Position numbers and translations under genes: made by a program. A DNA stretch of 64,000 bases, taken from a virus. This document shows positions 43,814-53,856 of the stretch, piece after piece. The stretch spans positions 1-64,000 of IMG/VR virus record IMGVR_UViG_3300028831_000585; one strand, 5' to 3'. Position 1 is the first letter of the stretch; each line of letters opens with the position of its first letter. The notes beneath the pieces were generated by a model that had not been told where the DNA came from, searched no databases, and saw only the letters and a list, made by a program, of their open reading frames with translations.

Positions 43814-44158
43814 ATGAGAGTGACAGTGGAGGGGGCCAGGGCCAGCGGGGTGGACATCTACCCGGTCGGCGTGCTGGCTGTCCTGCTCAAACTCGGCCGG
43901 GTGTACTTCGGCAGGCCCCGCATCGAGCGGGGGGAGATCCGGCGGCTGGTCCGGCGCAACGCCAGGGCCTCGGTGCGTAACCAGGTCCGGCTGATCGCCG
44001 AGCGTGCGCGGGCCGGGCAGTGGCGTGCCGTCAAGAACCACTTCAACGGCTACATGGCCGAGCCGTTCGTCATACCGGCCCGGATGTCGCGGTGCGGTTC
44101 CGGCTGGACGAAGACGCGGGCTTGGCGCTCGCTGCGCCGGCACGGGTGGCCCGGATGA
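43814..44158 (+). CDS. Hypothetical basic 114-aa protein
   Basis: ATG after GGAGG. Confidence 0.55.
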   Translation: MRVTVEGARASGVDIYPVGVLAVLLKLGRVYFGRPRIERGEIRRLVRRNARASVRNQVRLIAERARAGQWRAVKNHFNGYMAEPFVIPARMSRCGSGWTKTRAWRSLRRHGWPG

Positions 44159-44406
44159 GCGCGCTCACCATCACGGAGGGCGCGGCAGCCATGTCGCCGC
44201 CGATGCCCCGGCGCGAACTGGCCCGGCGGCTGGAGAAGGTGGCGCCGGTGGGCACCAGGTGGGGGCCTCGCGGTCGCCGGGCGCGCACCTACGCATTGAC
44301 GGAGATCATGACCGCGCACGCCGAGTGGTGCCGCTCAAAGGTCGGACATTTGCCGACCGTTGATCCTCCGTGCCAGAATGCCGATGGGCAGGGGTGTGTC
44401 CGTTGA
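44155..44406 (+). CDS. Hypothetical 83-aa protein
   Basis: ATGA overlap. Confidence 0.5.
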   Translation: MSALTITEGAAAMSPPMPRRELARRLEKVAPVGTRWGPRGRRARTYALTEIMTAHAEWCRSKVGHLPTVDPPCQNADGQGCVR

Positions 44407-44870
44407 GCGTCCACCGTCCGGACCCCGCCCGGGAGATCACCCGCACGCAGGCGATGACCGAGGTCGTCCGCCTGAAGCGCAGCGGGATGACCTACGACGA
44501 CATCACCGCCAAGACGGGTGTGCCCAGGGGCACCGCTGCCGCCTGGGTGAGGGCCGCGCTCCGGCAGGCAACCCTCGAGCGGTCGCACGAGGCCGAGCTG
44601 CTGCGCACCGAGCAGGTGGAGCGGCTGGAGACCCTGCTGGAGGCGGTGTGGAAGGCCGCACTGGAAGGCTCGCCGGTGCACGTCGCCGAGGCCCGGCGGC
44701 TGATCGTCGCCATCGCCGACATCCAGGGCGTCCGCCAGCCCATCCAGTTCCAGTGGGGGGTGAGCGATGTCCAGCGAGCCCTTGCCGCAGTTGAGCGCGC
44801 TATCGCTGAGCGAACTGCTGGAGCTTCAGGGCAGCCTGTCGTCATTGATGGAGAAGCAGCGCCGGCTTGA
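44403..44870 (+). CDS. terS: Terminase small subunit (HTH)
   Basis: TYDDITAKTGVPRGTAAAWV HTH, coiled C-terminus, position; TTG start overlaps the upstream stop, with an alternative ATG at 44454. Confidence 0.6.
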   Translation: MSVHRPDPAREITRTQAMTEVVRLKRSGMTYDDITAKTGVPRGTAAAWVRAALRQATLERSHEAELLRTEQVERLETLLEAVWKAALEGSPVHVAEARRLIVAIADIQGVRQPIQFQWGVSDVQRALAAVERAIAERTAGASGQPVVIDGEAAPA

Positions 44871-46413
44871 GCGGGTCTCGGCCGGCGAGTTTCTGACCCG
44901 CTTCCCGACGCCGGGCGCCCTGGCCAAGTCGATCGAGCCGGGCACCAGGCAGACCCCGGCGCTGGAGGCCGTCGACGAGGCGCTGGTCTCGGTGCGGGAC
45001 GCGCCCGACGACAGCGGCCGGCAGATGATTTTCATGCCGCCGCAGGAAGGTAAGTCGACCCGCACCTCGTGCTGGTTCCCGCTGTGGATGCTCGCCCAGA
45101 ACCCTTCGCTGCGGATCGGCATCGTCTCCTACAACCAGTCGAAGGCGCTGCGCTGGGGCAAATGGCTGCGGCGCATGATCGCCCGCTACGGCGGCGCCTG
45201 GGACTTGGAGCTGATGCCCGACTCCCGGGCCTCCGACAAGTTCGAGACCACCAAGGGCGGCCAGGTCATCTGCGCCGGTATCGAAGGTGGCCTGACCGGC
45301 GAGCCGGTCGACCTGCTCATCATCGACGACCCGGTGCGCGGCCGGGCCGAGGCCGAATCCTCCACCTACCGCGAGGCGGCCTGGGACTGGTGGGAGTCGA
45401 ACGCGGCCACCCGTGGCTCGTCCAGCTTCAAGGTCGTGTTCATGATGACCCGCTGGCACGCCGACGATCTGGCCGGCCGGCTGCTGAAGCGGGAGCCGGG
45501 CCGCTGGAAGGTGCTGCGCATCCCCGCCGTCCGCGAGCCCGGCCAGCCGCTGGTGCGCGGCTCGGACGGTGCGTCCGTCTACAACCCGCACGGCGAGCTC
45601 GTCTCGGTGCAGGGCCGTCGCCCCGGCTACTACCGGGAGATGGAGACCACACGGTCGATGTACGTGTGGAACTCGATCTACATGCAGCGGCCGGTGGCGG
45701 CCGAAGGCAACCTGTTCCCGCGGGCCGACTTCCGCTACTGGCACAAGATGGCCAGCGACCCGAGCCACCACGACCCGACCGGTGGCAAGCGGATCAACAT
45801 CGACGGTGTCCAGCACTTCGTCGGCGACATGCGCCGGTTCATCACGATGGACCTGGCCAGCAGCACCAAGACGTCGGCGGACTGGACGGTCGCCGCGGTC
45901 TGGGGGATCACGCCGTCCGGCCTGCTGGTGCTGCTGGACCGGATCAGGGTGCGGATCAGCGAAGGCGCCCACTGGCCGATGGTCAAGCCGCTCTGCCAGC
46001 TCTGGGACGTGCAGGACGTCTGGGTGGAGAAGGGCTTCATCGGCACCACGCTGGTGATTGACGGCACCACCGCCGGGATCCGGATCCGGCCGCTGGATCC
46101 CGAGCACGACAAGGTGACCCGGGCCATCCCGGCGTCCAACCGGGTGCGGCAGCGGGTGGTGCTCTTCCCCGCGGACGCGGTCTGGCTGGACGAGTGGTGC
46201 GACGAGATCGCCGGCTTCCCGCAGTGGGCGCACGACGACCAGGCCGACACGTTCTCCTACGCCGCCCGGGTGCACGCCAAGTACTGGGCGCCGCCCCCGG
46301 ACGACAAGGCCCCGGCCGACCCGCACACCGGCCGCTACGCGACAACCGCGCCGGACGTGATCGACCGGGCCCTGGGTGATCGGGTGGACCTCAGCCGGGC
46401 TCAGTGGTCGTAG
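44767..46413 (+). CDS. terL: Terminase large subunit
   Basis: Walker A PPQEGKST, Walker B DLLIIDDP, C-terminal nuclease-like DDQADT. Confidence 0.9.
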   Translation: MSSEPLPQLSALSLSELLELQGSLSSLMEKQRRLERVSAGEFLTRFPTPGALAKSIEPGTRQTPALEAVDEALVSVRDAPDDSGRQMIFMPPQEGKSTRTSCWFPLWMLAQNPSLRIGIVSYNQSKALRWGKWLRRMIARYGGAWDLELMPDSRASDKFETTKGGQVICAGIEGGLTGEPVDLLIIDDPVRGRAEAESSTYREAAWDWWESNAATRGSSSFKVVFMMTRWHADDLAGRLLKREPGRWKVLRIPAVREPGQPLVRGSDGASVYNPHGELVSVQGRRPGYYREMETTRSMYVWNSIYMQRPVAAEGNLFPRADFRYWHKMASDPSHHDPTGGKRINIDGVQHFVGDMRRFITMDLASSTKTSADWTVAAVWGITPSGLLVLLDRIRVRISEGAHWPMVKPLCQLWDVQDVWVEKGFIGTTLVIDGTTAGIRIRPLDPEHDKVTRAIPASNRVRQRVVLFPADAVWLDEWCDEIAGFPQWAHDDQADTFSYAARVHAKYWAPPPDDKAPADPHTGRYATTAPDVIDRALGDRVDLSRAQWS

Positions 46414-47113
46414 GCGTCGCCTTCCGGAGCACGTTCCGGATGTCCGCCGCGATGTCCTGCTCGGCGTCCCCCCAAAAGTCCAGCTTGCTGGTGTCGATCT
46501 CCAGCACCACGTCGTGGTCGTTCAGTACCAGCAGCCGGTCGCCGATCCGGATGGTGCCGGGCAGCATGCTCGGGTCGGTCCGCACCGGCACGCCGAACAG
46601 TGACGGCGGCGCGTCCGGTGCGCCGCTGACCGGCCTCAGATCCATCCCGGAGATCCTGACGAACCGGTTGAAGGTCTCCGGCCGGTCGGTGGTGATCACC
46701 GGCAGCGGGGTGGTGGTCCGCAGCGCGGCTGCCTTCTTCAGCGCCGCGTCCAAGTCGGCCCTGGTCACCGGCGGCGGCCGCCGGAGGCTGGCGTCGACCG
46801 TCCGCACGATCTCGTCGAACGGCCGGCGTGGCGGCGGGATGTCCACGGCGCGACCGCCCCTGGTCGCCCAGTGGGCGCTGTCCGGCCGGCGGGCGTAGAC
46901 GTCGGCCCCGGCCCGTCTCGGACTGGATTCCGGTGGCCACACCTGGCGGATCTCACCGCCGCCCGGATGGACCAGGTGGGTCAGCGCCGAATCCACCTCG
47001 GCCGGCGCCCAGTTCTCGCCGCCCGCCCGGCGCACCGGGTCGCGCATGCTGTCGCCGACCACCGCATCGATCGGCTCGCCGTTCTTGAAGATCACGTACA
47101 CGTTCGCACCCAT
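46391..47113 (-). CDS. Reverse-strand hypothetical 240-aa protein inserted between terL and the portal gene
   Basis: Strongly G/C-ending codons on the minus strand; ATG at 47113 (alternative 47137); its ends overlap both neighbours. Confidence 0.6.
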   Translation of the reverse strand: MGANVYVIFKNGEPIDAVVGDSMRDPVRRAGGENWAPAEVDSALTHLVHPGGGEIRQVWPPESSPRRAGADVYARRPDSAHWATRGGRAVDIPPPRRPFDEIVRTVDASLRRPPPVTRADLDAALKKAAALRTTTPLPVITTDRPETFNRFVRISGMDLRPVSGAPDAPPSLFGVPVRTDPSMLPGTIRIGDRLLVLNDHDVVLEIDTSKLDFWGDAEQDIAADIRNVLRKATPTTTEPG

Positions 47114-47135
47114 GACCTGAGGATAGGAGGCACCC

Positions 47136-48458
47136 ATGCCATTGGCCGACGGCCCGCGCGCAGCAGGCGGCTCCCTCACCGACGGACAAGGGATGTACGG
47201 CGCGCTGGCGCAGGACATCTACGAGACGATCGGCGACCTCGTCCACCCGATGGCGGTCGGCACCTACTCGCGCATGCGCCGCGACCCGAAGATCAAGGCG
47301 GTGCTCAACTCCTACTCGCTGCCGCTCCAGGCCGCCGAATACGGGATCAACCCGAAAGGCTGCCGGGACGAGGTCGTGCAGTACTGCGCCGACGCCTGGG
47401 GCCTGCCGGTCATCGGCGACAACGACGGGCCCGGCCCCGCTCGGCGCCGCGGCGTCCGCTGGGACGAGCACCTGCGGGTCGCCCTCTCGGTGATGCTGCC
47501 GTTCGGCTACTCGCCGTTTGCCATCGGCGGCGAGGTGAAGTTCAACCCCGACCGGTGGATGCTGACCGAGCTCTCCGAGCGGCTGCCGCAGACGATCAGC
47601 GACATCAAACTGAACGACAACGGCTCGCTGAAGGGCATCGTCCAGTACGGCTCCAAGGATCCGATCCCGGCGTCCGGCCTGCTCTGGTACGTCCTCAACA
47701 AGGAGGGCGCGATGTGGCAGGGCCAGAGCATGATCCGCGAGGCCTACGCGCCCTGGCTGATCAAGCACGAGATGTGGCGGGTCATGGCCCAGTCGTCGCG
47801 GCGTTTCGGCATGGGCGTACCCAAGGTGAAGGCCCCGCCCGGCGCCACCCAGACGGACATCCAGCGGGCCGGTGAGCTCGCCTCCGGCTACCGGGCCGGT
47901 GACCAGTCGGGGGTCGGCCTGCCCGACGGTTTCGACTTCGAACTGGCCGGGCTGATGGGCTCGGTGCCGGACACGCTCGGCTTCGTGCGCTACCTGGACC
48001 AGCAGATCGCCGAATCCTGCCTCGCCGGCATCCTCAACCTGGACGCCAGCCCGAACGGCAGCAGGGCGCTCGGCGAGTCCCTGCTGGCCCTGCTGGAGCT
48101 GTCCTGGAAGGCGACCGCCCGGGCGATCACCGGCCCGGCCACCGAACTGAACATCCGGATGGTCGACTGGACGTTCGGCGACGAAGAGCCGGTGCCGGCC
48201 GTGCTCTGCACCAACGTGGCCCGGCTGGACGTGATGGCCGACGCGATCGCCGGCCTGACCACCGCCGGGGCGCTCTCGGCCGACCTCGGCATGGAGAACG
48301 CCATCCGGGCCCGGCTCAGCCTGCCCACCATTGACAGCCGTCCGGCCGCGCCGCAGGAGACCCCGCCCGCCCGGGACCCGGCGCAGCCGCCCACCGAGCC
48401 CGGCGGCGAGATCGTGCCCGGCACCCGGACCAACGAGCCCGCCGGGGTGAACGCCTGA
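47136..48458 (+). CDS. Portal protein
   Basis: 440 aa; AGGAGG SD; position after terL; portal-like sequence. Confidence 0.8.
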   Translation: MPLADGPRAAGGSLTDGQGMYGALAQDIYETIGDLVHPMAVGTYSRMRRDPKIKAVLNSYSLPLQAAEYGINPKGCRDEVVQYCADAWGLPVIGDNDGPGPARRRGVRWDEHLRVALSVMLPFGYSPFAIGGEVKFNPDRWMLTELSERLPQTISDIKLNDNGSLKGIVQYGSKDPIPASGLLWYVLNKEGAMWQGQSMIREAYAPWLIKHEMWRVMAQSSRRFGMGVPKVKAPPGATQTDIQRAGELASGYRAGDQSGVGLPDGFDFELAGLMGSVPDTLGFVRYLDQQIAESCLAGILNLDASPNGSRALGESLLALLELSWKATARAITGPATELNIRMVDWTFGDEEPVPAVLCTNVARLDVMADAIAGLTTAGALSADLGMENAIRARLSLPTIDSRPAAPQETPPARDPAQPPTEPGGEIVPGTRTNEPAGVNA

Positions 48459-48709
48459 TGGCCGGGCCGTACGTGACCGTCTCCACCGTGGTGATGGGGC
48501 CGGAGCGGGCGGCCGCCTGCCGGACCTGCGGCGCCCACGAGGTGTCGTTCGACGTCTTCGCCCTGGACCCGACGGGGGTGCTGCGCATCGGCGAGATCAC
48601 CTTGTGCGACGGCTGCGCCGGCCGCTGGTGGTGCGCGTTCTGCCCGATGGTGTTCGCCGCGGACGGCCGCTCGGCGCACGGGCACATGGCGACGAGGCAC
48701 GCCGCATGA
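48458..48709 (+). CDS. Small Cys-rich zinc-finger-like protein
   Basis: Track ORF; CRTC...CDGC...CAFC. Confidence 0.55.
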   Translation: MAGPYVTVSTVVMGPERAAACRTCGAHEVSFDVFALDPTGVLRIGEITLCDGCAGRWWCAFCPMVFAADGRSAHGHMATRHAA

Positions 48710-51138
48710 CCGACGTGGAGATCCGCAAGCCGGTCGCGCTGCGCACCATCCCCGGCGTGGAGCTGGCCGCGGTCGGCACCTGGCACTCGTCGACCGGCTG
48801 GGTCACCTTCACCGCCGAGGATTTCACGCACGCGGTGGCCGCCCTGGAATGCCCGGGCGTCCGCAACCCGGTGATCAAGCTGGGCCACGAGGAGGAGGAC
48901 TCCACCTCGGGCATCCGGTGGGACGGCGAGCCCGCGGTGGGCTGGATCGGCAACATGCAGTTCGACGGCGCCAAGGTCTACGGCGACTACACCGGCGTCC
49001 CTGCCTGGCTGGCCGACCCGGACGACGCCGGCCTGTCGGTGATCGCCTCGGCCTACCCGGACCGGTCGATCGAGATCAGCCGGCCGTTCCTCTGCCAGGT
49101 CGGCCACCTGCACCCGGCCGTCATCACCGCGCTGTCCCTGCTCGGCGTGGCCCAGCCGGGGATCGGCGTGCTGAAGAGCATGCAGGACGTCTACGCCATG
49201 TTCACCGAGCCGCTGTCCGGCGACGTGGAGCGGGTGGCCGCCGACCAGCTCAGCCGGGCCACCATCGCCACCACGGTCCGGCTGGCCGCCGGCGAGACCC
49301 GCGAGCCGACCGCGCTCGAGACCAAGGCGGGCATCGACCACGACGCCCTCCAGGAGACCTGGCAGACCGTGCTGGACGACCTCGTGGGCGAGTGGGACGG
49401 CGTCACCGAGGCGCAACTGGACGAGCTCGCCGCCCAGATCACCGACGCGGTGGACGACGACCCTGGCCTGCTCGGGAAGCTGGCGGTCGGCTCGGCCGCC
49501 GGCGCCACCCTGCTGCTGGCCGCCATGGACGACGTGGCCGGCAAGGCGATGGACTCAGTGATCAGCGAGGCGAAGAGCCAGGGCGTCGCCGTCGACAAGC
49601 CGGACGCGCCCGACCTGGAAGAGCTGGCGACCGCGATCGCCGCCGCCATGGCCGCCTCCACCGCGTCGACGGCCGGTCGCACCGCCGCGCAGGATCTCCG
49701 GCCGGGCGAGGGCGCCGCGGTAGCCGCCGGGGTCCGGGCGCACATGGAGTCGCTGACCGACCGGTTTCTGCGCGACCAGCTCGGCGGCGCGCTGTCGGCC
49801 GCGCAGGCGCGGGGCCGGTTCACCGTGCTGGAGGTCGCGCCGATCGGCGAGTGGTACGCCAGCGAGCGCATCGACTCCAACACCTGCGCGCCGTGCCGCT
49901 CGATCGATCAGACCAGGTTCGACACGTTGGCCGAGGCCAAGGCGGTCTACGGCAACGGCAAGTACGTTTCGTGCCTCGGCGGCCTTCGCTGCCGGGGGCA
50001 GGTCTTCGCCACCTGGGGCAGCGCGCTGTCGGCCGCCCCCTGGTGCGAATGCGGGCTATCGATCACGGTGCCCGCCGGATCACCGCTACACAAGCCGCAC
50101 TGCACCCGTGCGGCCGTTGCCCATCTGTCCACCACAGGAGGTGCCATGGCACCCGGTGCCCGAGCGGCCGTCGTGCAGGCGTCCGTCTCCACCGAAGACA
50201 TCAGCCGCAGCTACTACGAGTCCGCCGGGTACAGCATGTGGATCACGGCGATGCACGTCGACCCGCTGGAGCTGATCGCCGCCGACGACGCCACCGGCAA
50301 GTTCTTCCGGATCCCGGTCGAACTGTCCGGCGAGGAGTTTTCTTTCGGCGAGCCGGTCGAGGTCGCGATCAACTACGTGCCGGTGGCCAGCAAGGCCGCC
50401 GCCGCGTTCCCGCACCGCTGGGGCACCCGCGAGGCTGCCCTGGCCGCCGCCGGGGTCAAGTCGGGCGCCGAGCCGTCTGCGGCACCGGCCGACCCGCCGA
50501 TCGCCCCCGAGGTGAGCCCGGCGGGCGCCGCGATCCGCAAGATGGCCACCGCGACGGCGGACCCGGCCACCACCACCCAGACTCCCGCTGCCGAGCCCGG
50601 CACCGGGGAGACCGAGAAGGAGAAGGAGGCGTCCGTGGACGCAGCCAAGATGCGGGAGGCGCTCGGGCTGCCGGCCGACGCCACCTTGGAGCAGGTGACC
50701 GAGGCGTTTACCGCGCAGCTCGCCGCCGACGCCTCCACCGCCACCCCCGGCACGGACGCGGCCCCGTCGGCCGACACGGTGGACGCGCTGTCCGCCCTCG
50801 CCGGGACCGGCCAGGCCGTGCTCGTCGACCGCGCGCAGCTCACCGAGCTGGTGCAGATGGCCAAGCGCGGCGACGCGGCGTTCATCGAGAATCGCCGCAA
50901 CGAGCGGGACCACTTCCTGGAGGCGGCCTGCCGCGAGGGCCGGTTCCCGTCCGCCTCGCTGGCCGCCTACAAGAAGCTCTGGGATCTCGATCCGGAGGGC
51001 ACCCGCAAGCAGGTCAGCCTGCTGGCCAAGAACATCATCCCGGTGACCGCCGGTGGCCTGCTCGGCGACGGCGAGGACCCGGCCGCCGCCAACGAGGCCG
51101 ACCTCGCCTACCAGGGCATGTACGGGAAGGGGAAGTAG
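48706..51138 (+). CDS. Capsid maturation protease / MuF-like head morphogenesis / scaffold fusion protein
   Basis: 810 aa. N-terminal protease-like region, central MuF-type CAPCRS...RCRG, and an Ala/Glu-rich scaffold-like C-terminus. Confidence 0.7.
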   Translation: MTDVEIRKPVALRTIPGVELAAVGTWHSSTGWVTFTAEDFTHAVAALECPGVRNPVIKLGHEEEDSTSGIRWDGEPAVGWIGNMQFDGAKVYGDYTGVPAWLADPDDAGLSVIASAYPDRSIEISRPFLCQVGHLHPAVITALSLLGVAQPGIGVLKSMQDVYAMFTEPLSGDVERVAADQLSRATIATTVRLAAGETREPTALETKAGIDHDALQETWQTVLDDLVGEWDGVTEAQLDELAAQITDAVDDDPGLLGKLAVGSAAGATLLLAAMDDVAGKAMDSVISEAKSQGVAVDKPDAPDLEELATAIAAAMAASTASTAGRTAAQDLRPGEGAAVAAGVRAHMESLTDRFLRDQLGGALSAAQARGRFTVLEVAPIGEWYASERIDSNTCAPCRSIDQTRFDTLAEAKAVYGNGKYVSCLGGLRCRGQVFATWGSALSAAPWCECGLSITVPAGSPLHKPHCTRAAVAHLSTTGGAMAPGARAAVVQASVSTEDISRSYYESAGYSMWITAMHVDPLELIAADDATGKFFRIPVELSGEEFSFGEPVEVAINYVPVASKAAAAFPHRWGTREAALAAAGVKSGAEPSAAPADPPIAPEVSPAGAAIRKMATATADPATTTQTPAAEPGTGETEKEKEASVDAAKMREALGLPADATLEQVTEAFTAQLAADASTATPGTDAAPSADTVDALSALAGTGQAVLVDRAQLTELVQMAKRGDAAFIENRRNERDHFLEAACREGRFPSASLAAYKKLWDLDPEGTRKQVSLLAKNIIPVTAGGLLGDGEDPAAANEADLAYQGMYGKGK

Positions 51139-51141
51139 GTC

Positions 51142-51513
51142 ATGGCTGAGTACACCCCCGTCTTCGCCAACGGCACGGCGCCGTGGACGCTTCAGGCGTC
51201 CGCCACGGTGACCGGTGGCCGGTTGGTGGAGGTCACCGGCAACGGCACGGTGGGTCCCGCCGGGGCCGCCTCCGTCAAGGTGCTCGGCGTGGCCGCGTTC
51301 GACGCGGCCTCCGGCGCGAAGGTGGATGTCTGGCCGCTGGCCGGGCTCACCCACCGCGTCACCGGCGCCGGCGCGATCAGCGCGGGCGACAACCTCGCGG
51401 CCGGCGCCGCGGGAGTCGTGGCGCCCATCGCCGCGGGCACCTTCGGCCAGCTCATCGGTGTCGCGGACCGCGCGGCCGCCGATGGCGCGACTGTCCGATT
51501 CGTCGGACGCTAG
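51142..51513 (+). CDS. Head decoration / capsid cement protein (DUF2190-like)
   Basis: 123 aa, Gly/Ala/Val-rich beta-type sequence directly upstream of the capsid gene. Confidence 0.6.
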   Translation: MAEYTPVFANGTAPWTLQASATVTGGRLVEVTGNGTVGPAGAASVKVLGVAAFDAASGAKVDVWPLAGLTHRVTGAGAISAGDNLAAGAAGVVAPIAAGTFGQLIGVADRAAADGATVRFVGR

Positions 51514-51525
51514 GAGTAGACCACC

Positions 51526-52452
51526 GTGGCAATGACCTACCCCCCGGCCGCGCCGACGCTGTCCAACGACGTCGTCACCATCAGCCGGTTCCTCAACAAC
51601 CCGACGGCCGTCCAGCGCCGTCTGCGCACGCTCGCCGAGAACCGCTTCATCTCGGACGTGCTGCTCACCGGTCGCATCGAGGGCTCCTCGATCCTCTACG
51701 AGACCGACGAGGGTATCTACACCCAGGACGCCCCCGAGGTCGTCGCGCCCGGCGCGCAGTACCCGCGCACGCTGGCCGCCACCGGCACCGCAGCGATCGC
51801 CAACCCGGTCAAGTGGGGCCAGGAGGTGCCGATCACCGATGAGGAGGTCGGCCGCTTCCGCGGGCAGGGCGTGGAGCGCAACCTGGCGAAGGTGGTCAAC
51901 TACCTCGTCTACACCGTCGACTCGACGGCACTGGCCGTCATCTCCTCGGGCGTCACCCAGTCGGTGGCCGCGTCGGCCGCGTGGAACACCACCACGGCCA
52001 ACCCGATCCTGGACCTGCTCCGGGCGAAGGCGACCATCCGGCAGCTCAACAAGGGCTACGACCCGGACACGGTGGCCTGCGACGACTTCGCGTATGCCTA
52101 CATCATCGGCAACATGAGCGTGCTGGCGACGATGGCGCGCGAGGCCGGCACCACCGCGTCGATGTCCGGTGAGGTGCCGGTGCTGGCCGGCCTGCGCATC
52201 CTGCCGACGCCTAACCTGCCGACGGCCGGGCAGGCGATCGTGCTGGACTCCAACAATCTCGGCGCGATGGGCTACGAGCGCATCCCCAGCCCGGAGTATT
52301 CGGGCGACCCGGCGCAGGGCGTGGAGACGCTGGTCCGGCGTAACCCGCTGGGCAACGACGAGTGGCTGGTCCGGGGTCGTCGCCCGGTCGTTCCCTTCCT
52401 CCAGGAGCCGGGTGCGGCATGCAAGATCACCGGCATGGGCACGCTGACCTAG
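51526..52452 (+). CDS. Major capsid protein (HK97 fold)
   Basis: 308 aa; AGGAG SD; position and actinophage capsid-like sequence. Confidence 0.8.
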   Translation: MAMTYPPAAPTLSNDVVTISRFLNNPTAVQRRLRTLAENRFISDVLLTGRIEGSSILYETDEGIYTQDAPEVVAPGAQYPRTLAATGTAAIANPVKWGQEVPITDEEVGRFRGQGVERNLAKVVNYLVYTVDSTALAVISSGVTQSVAASAAWNTTTANPILDLLRAKATIRQLNKGYDPDTVACDDFAYAYIIGNMSVLATMAREAGTTASMSGEVPVLAGLRILPTPNLPTAGQAIVLDSNNLGAMGYERIPSPEYSGDPAQGVETLVRRNPLGNDEWLVRGRRPVVPFLQEPGAACKITGMGTLT

Positions 52453-52464
52453 GAGGTCTGAGAG

Positions 52465-52968
52465 ATGGCAGAGCAGGAGAAGGTGGCACCCAGCCACTTC
52501 AAGATTCACTTCCGGGAGCTGGCCTTCCAGAAGACGGACCCGGAGAACCCGATCGTGCCGGTCGGTGACCCGATCGTCCTGAGGCGCGGCGAGGACGTGC
52601 CCGACTGGGTGACCCCGAGCGTGGTCAGCGCGCTGGTCAACGCGGGCATGATCATCCCCGTGGCCGCGCCTCCGGTGTTCGAGCCGCTGCCGGACGCGGG
52701 CGCGCTGCCCAACCCGGAGGTGCTGCCGCAGGTGGCCAATGCCGGTGCGGGTGTTCCGCCTGCCACGCCGGAGGTGCCGTCGGATCCGGTGGTGGTGGAC
52801 CGCCCGAAGTCGGGCGACCCGAAGCCGATGTGGGAGGCCTACGCCGAGTTCGTCGGCATCCCGCGCGAGGAGGCTGAGTCGCTGAGCAAGACGGCGCTTC
52901 AGGCCCGTGTCGCCGAGCGCGAGACCGAGCGGGAGAGGGAGGCGGCGGGGACGACCCCGACCGCCTGA
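52465..52968 (+). CDS. Hypothetical head-associated 167-aa protein with a Pro-rich centre
   Basis: Track ORF; SD GGAGG. Confidence 0.6.
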   Translation: MAEQEKVAPSHFKIHFRELAFQKTDPENPIVPVGDPIVLRRGEDVPDWVTPSVVSALVNAGMIIPVAAPPVFEPLPDAGALPNPEVLPQVANAGAGVPPATPEVPSDPVVVDRPKSGDPKPMWEAYAEFVGIPREEAESLSKTALQARVAERETEREREAAGTTPTA

Positions 52969-53016
52969 CGCGATCCAGTCCGGTGCCACGTTCGCGCCCC
53001 GCATCGGACATGGCCG

Positions 53017-53050
53017 CGCGGCGGCAGGGACCGTCTCCCCTGCCGCCGCG
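53017..53050 (+). terminator. Strong stem-loop after the capsid module
   Basis: Perfect 13-bp stem CGCGGCGGCAGGG / CCCTGCCGCCGCG with an 8-nt loop. Confidence 0.6.
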
Positions 53051-53078
53051 TCGGGCGCGAACAAACTGAGGAGGACGC

Positions 53079-53516
53079 ATGGCGTACCCCTGGGAGCCGA
53101 CGCTCCAGCAGGTCGCGATCTGGGTGCCGTGGCTGACCGTGGACACCACCACGCCCGGCAGTCAGACGCCGTCCATGACGTTCACCGCGACCACCGAGCC
53201 GAGCGACGTGCACGCGCAGGAACACATCAGCCAGGCCGCCCAGTTCGTCGGCGCCGCCGCTGGGACCGTGCCGCTCGCGCTCTACGAGCTCGCCGCCGCC
53301 ATCACCGCGCTGCGGGCCGGCATCGCGCTGGCGCTGGCCTATCCGCGCGACGACACCGACGTGGCCGAGGCCGTCACCCGCATGCAGGCGCAGTACGCCG
53401 CCGACTGGAAGATCTTCGTCAACGCCGTGGAGAACGCGGGTGGGGATGTCCCCGCGACCCCGGCCCCCGTGATGTACGCCCCCGAGCCGGTCGCCTGGGG
53501 CGACGCTTTTCTGTAG
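53079..53516 (+). CDS. Head-tail connector / adaptor protein
   Basis: Position; SD GAGGAGG. Confidence 0.55.
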   Translation: MAYPWEPTLQQVAIWVPWLTVDTTTPGSQTPSMTFTATTEPSDVHAQEHISQAAQFVGAAAGTVPLALYELAAAITALRAGIALALAYPRDDTDVAEAVTRMQAQYAADWKIFVNAVENAGGDVPATPAPVMYAPEPVAWGDAFL

Positions 53517-53532
53517 GTAGAGGGAGAAGAGG

Positions 53533-53856
53533 ATGGCCGACTACACCGGGACGTACGCCGCAGGCAACGCGGGGGTGCAGATTCCCGAACGATCGGGGAC
53601 CACCAGCGGCGACACCGTCCCCGCCGGGGCGCTCGTCGTCTGGCGCAACACCGGCGCCGGAACGCACGTCGTCACGATCACCACCAACAACACCCAGGGC
53701 GGGCTCGCCGTCGCCGACCAGCCGATCACCATCCCCGCCGGACAGACCTGGGCCGGCCGGATCCGCAACGAGTGGGGCGACGCCAACGGCCGCTGCGCGG
53801 TCGGCATCGACGGCACAGCGTCCGAGGTCAAGTACTACGTGATGGGGGGAATCTGA
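53533..53856 (+). CDS. Hypothetical head-tail module protein (107 aa)
   Basis: Track ORF. Confidence 0.55.
   Translation: MADYTGTYAAGNAGVQIPERSGTTSGDTVPAGALVVWRNTGAGTHVVTITTNNTQGGLAVADQPITIPAGQTWAGRIRNEWGDANGRCAVGIDGTASEVKYYVMGGI

Noticed and set aside
50086-53064. A 992-aa minus-strand ORF, and similar long ORFs (57625-60216 minus, 10694-13285 plus, 28450-30279 minus, 44842-46326 minus, 3433-5367 plus, 19875-20972 minus, and others).
   Set aside because: Their translations are dominated by Arg, Pro, Gly and Ala. They lie antisense to, or out of frame with, genes that have recognisable domains and G/C-ending codons. These are typical stop-codon-poor artefacts of 70% GC DNA.
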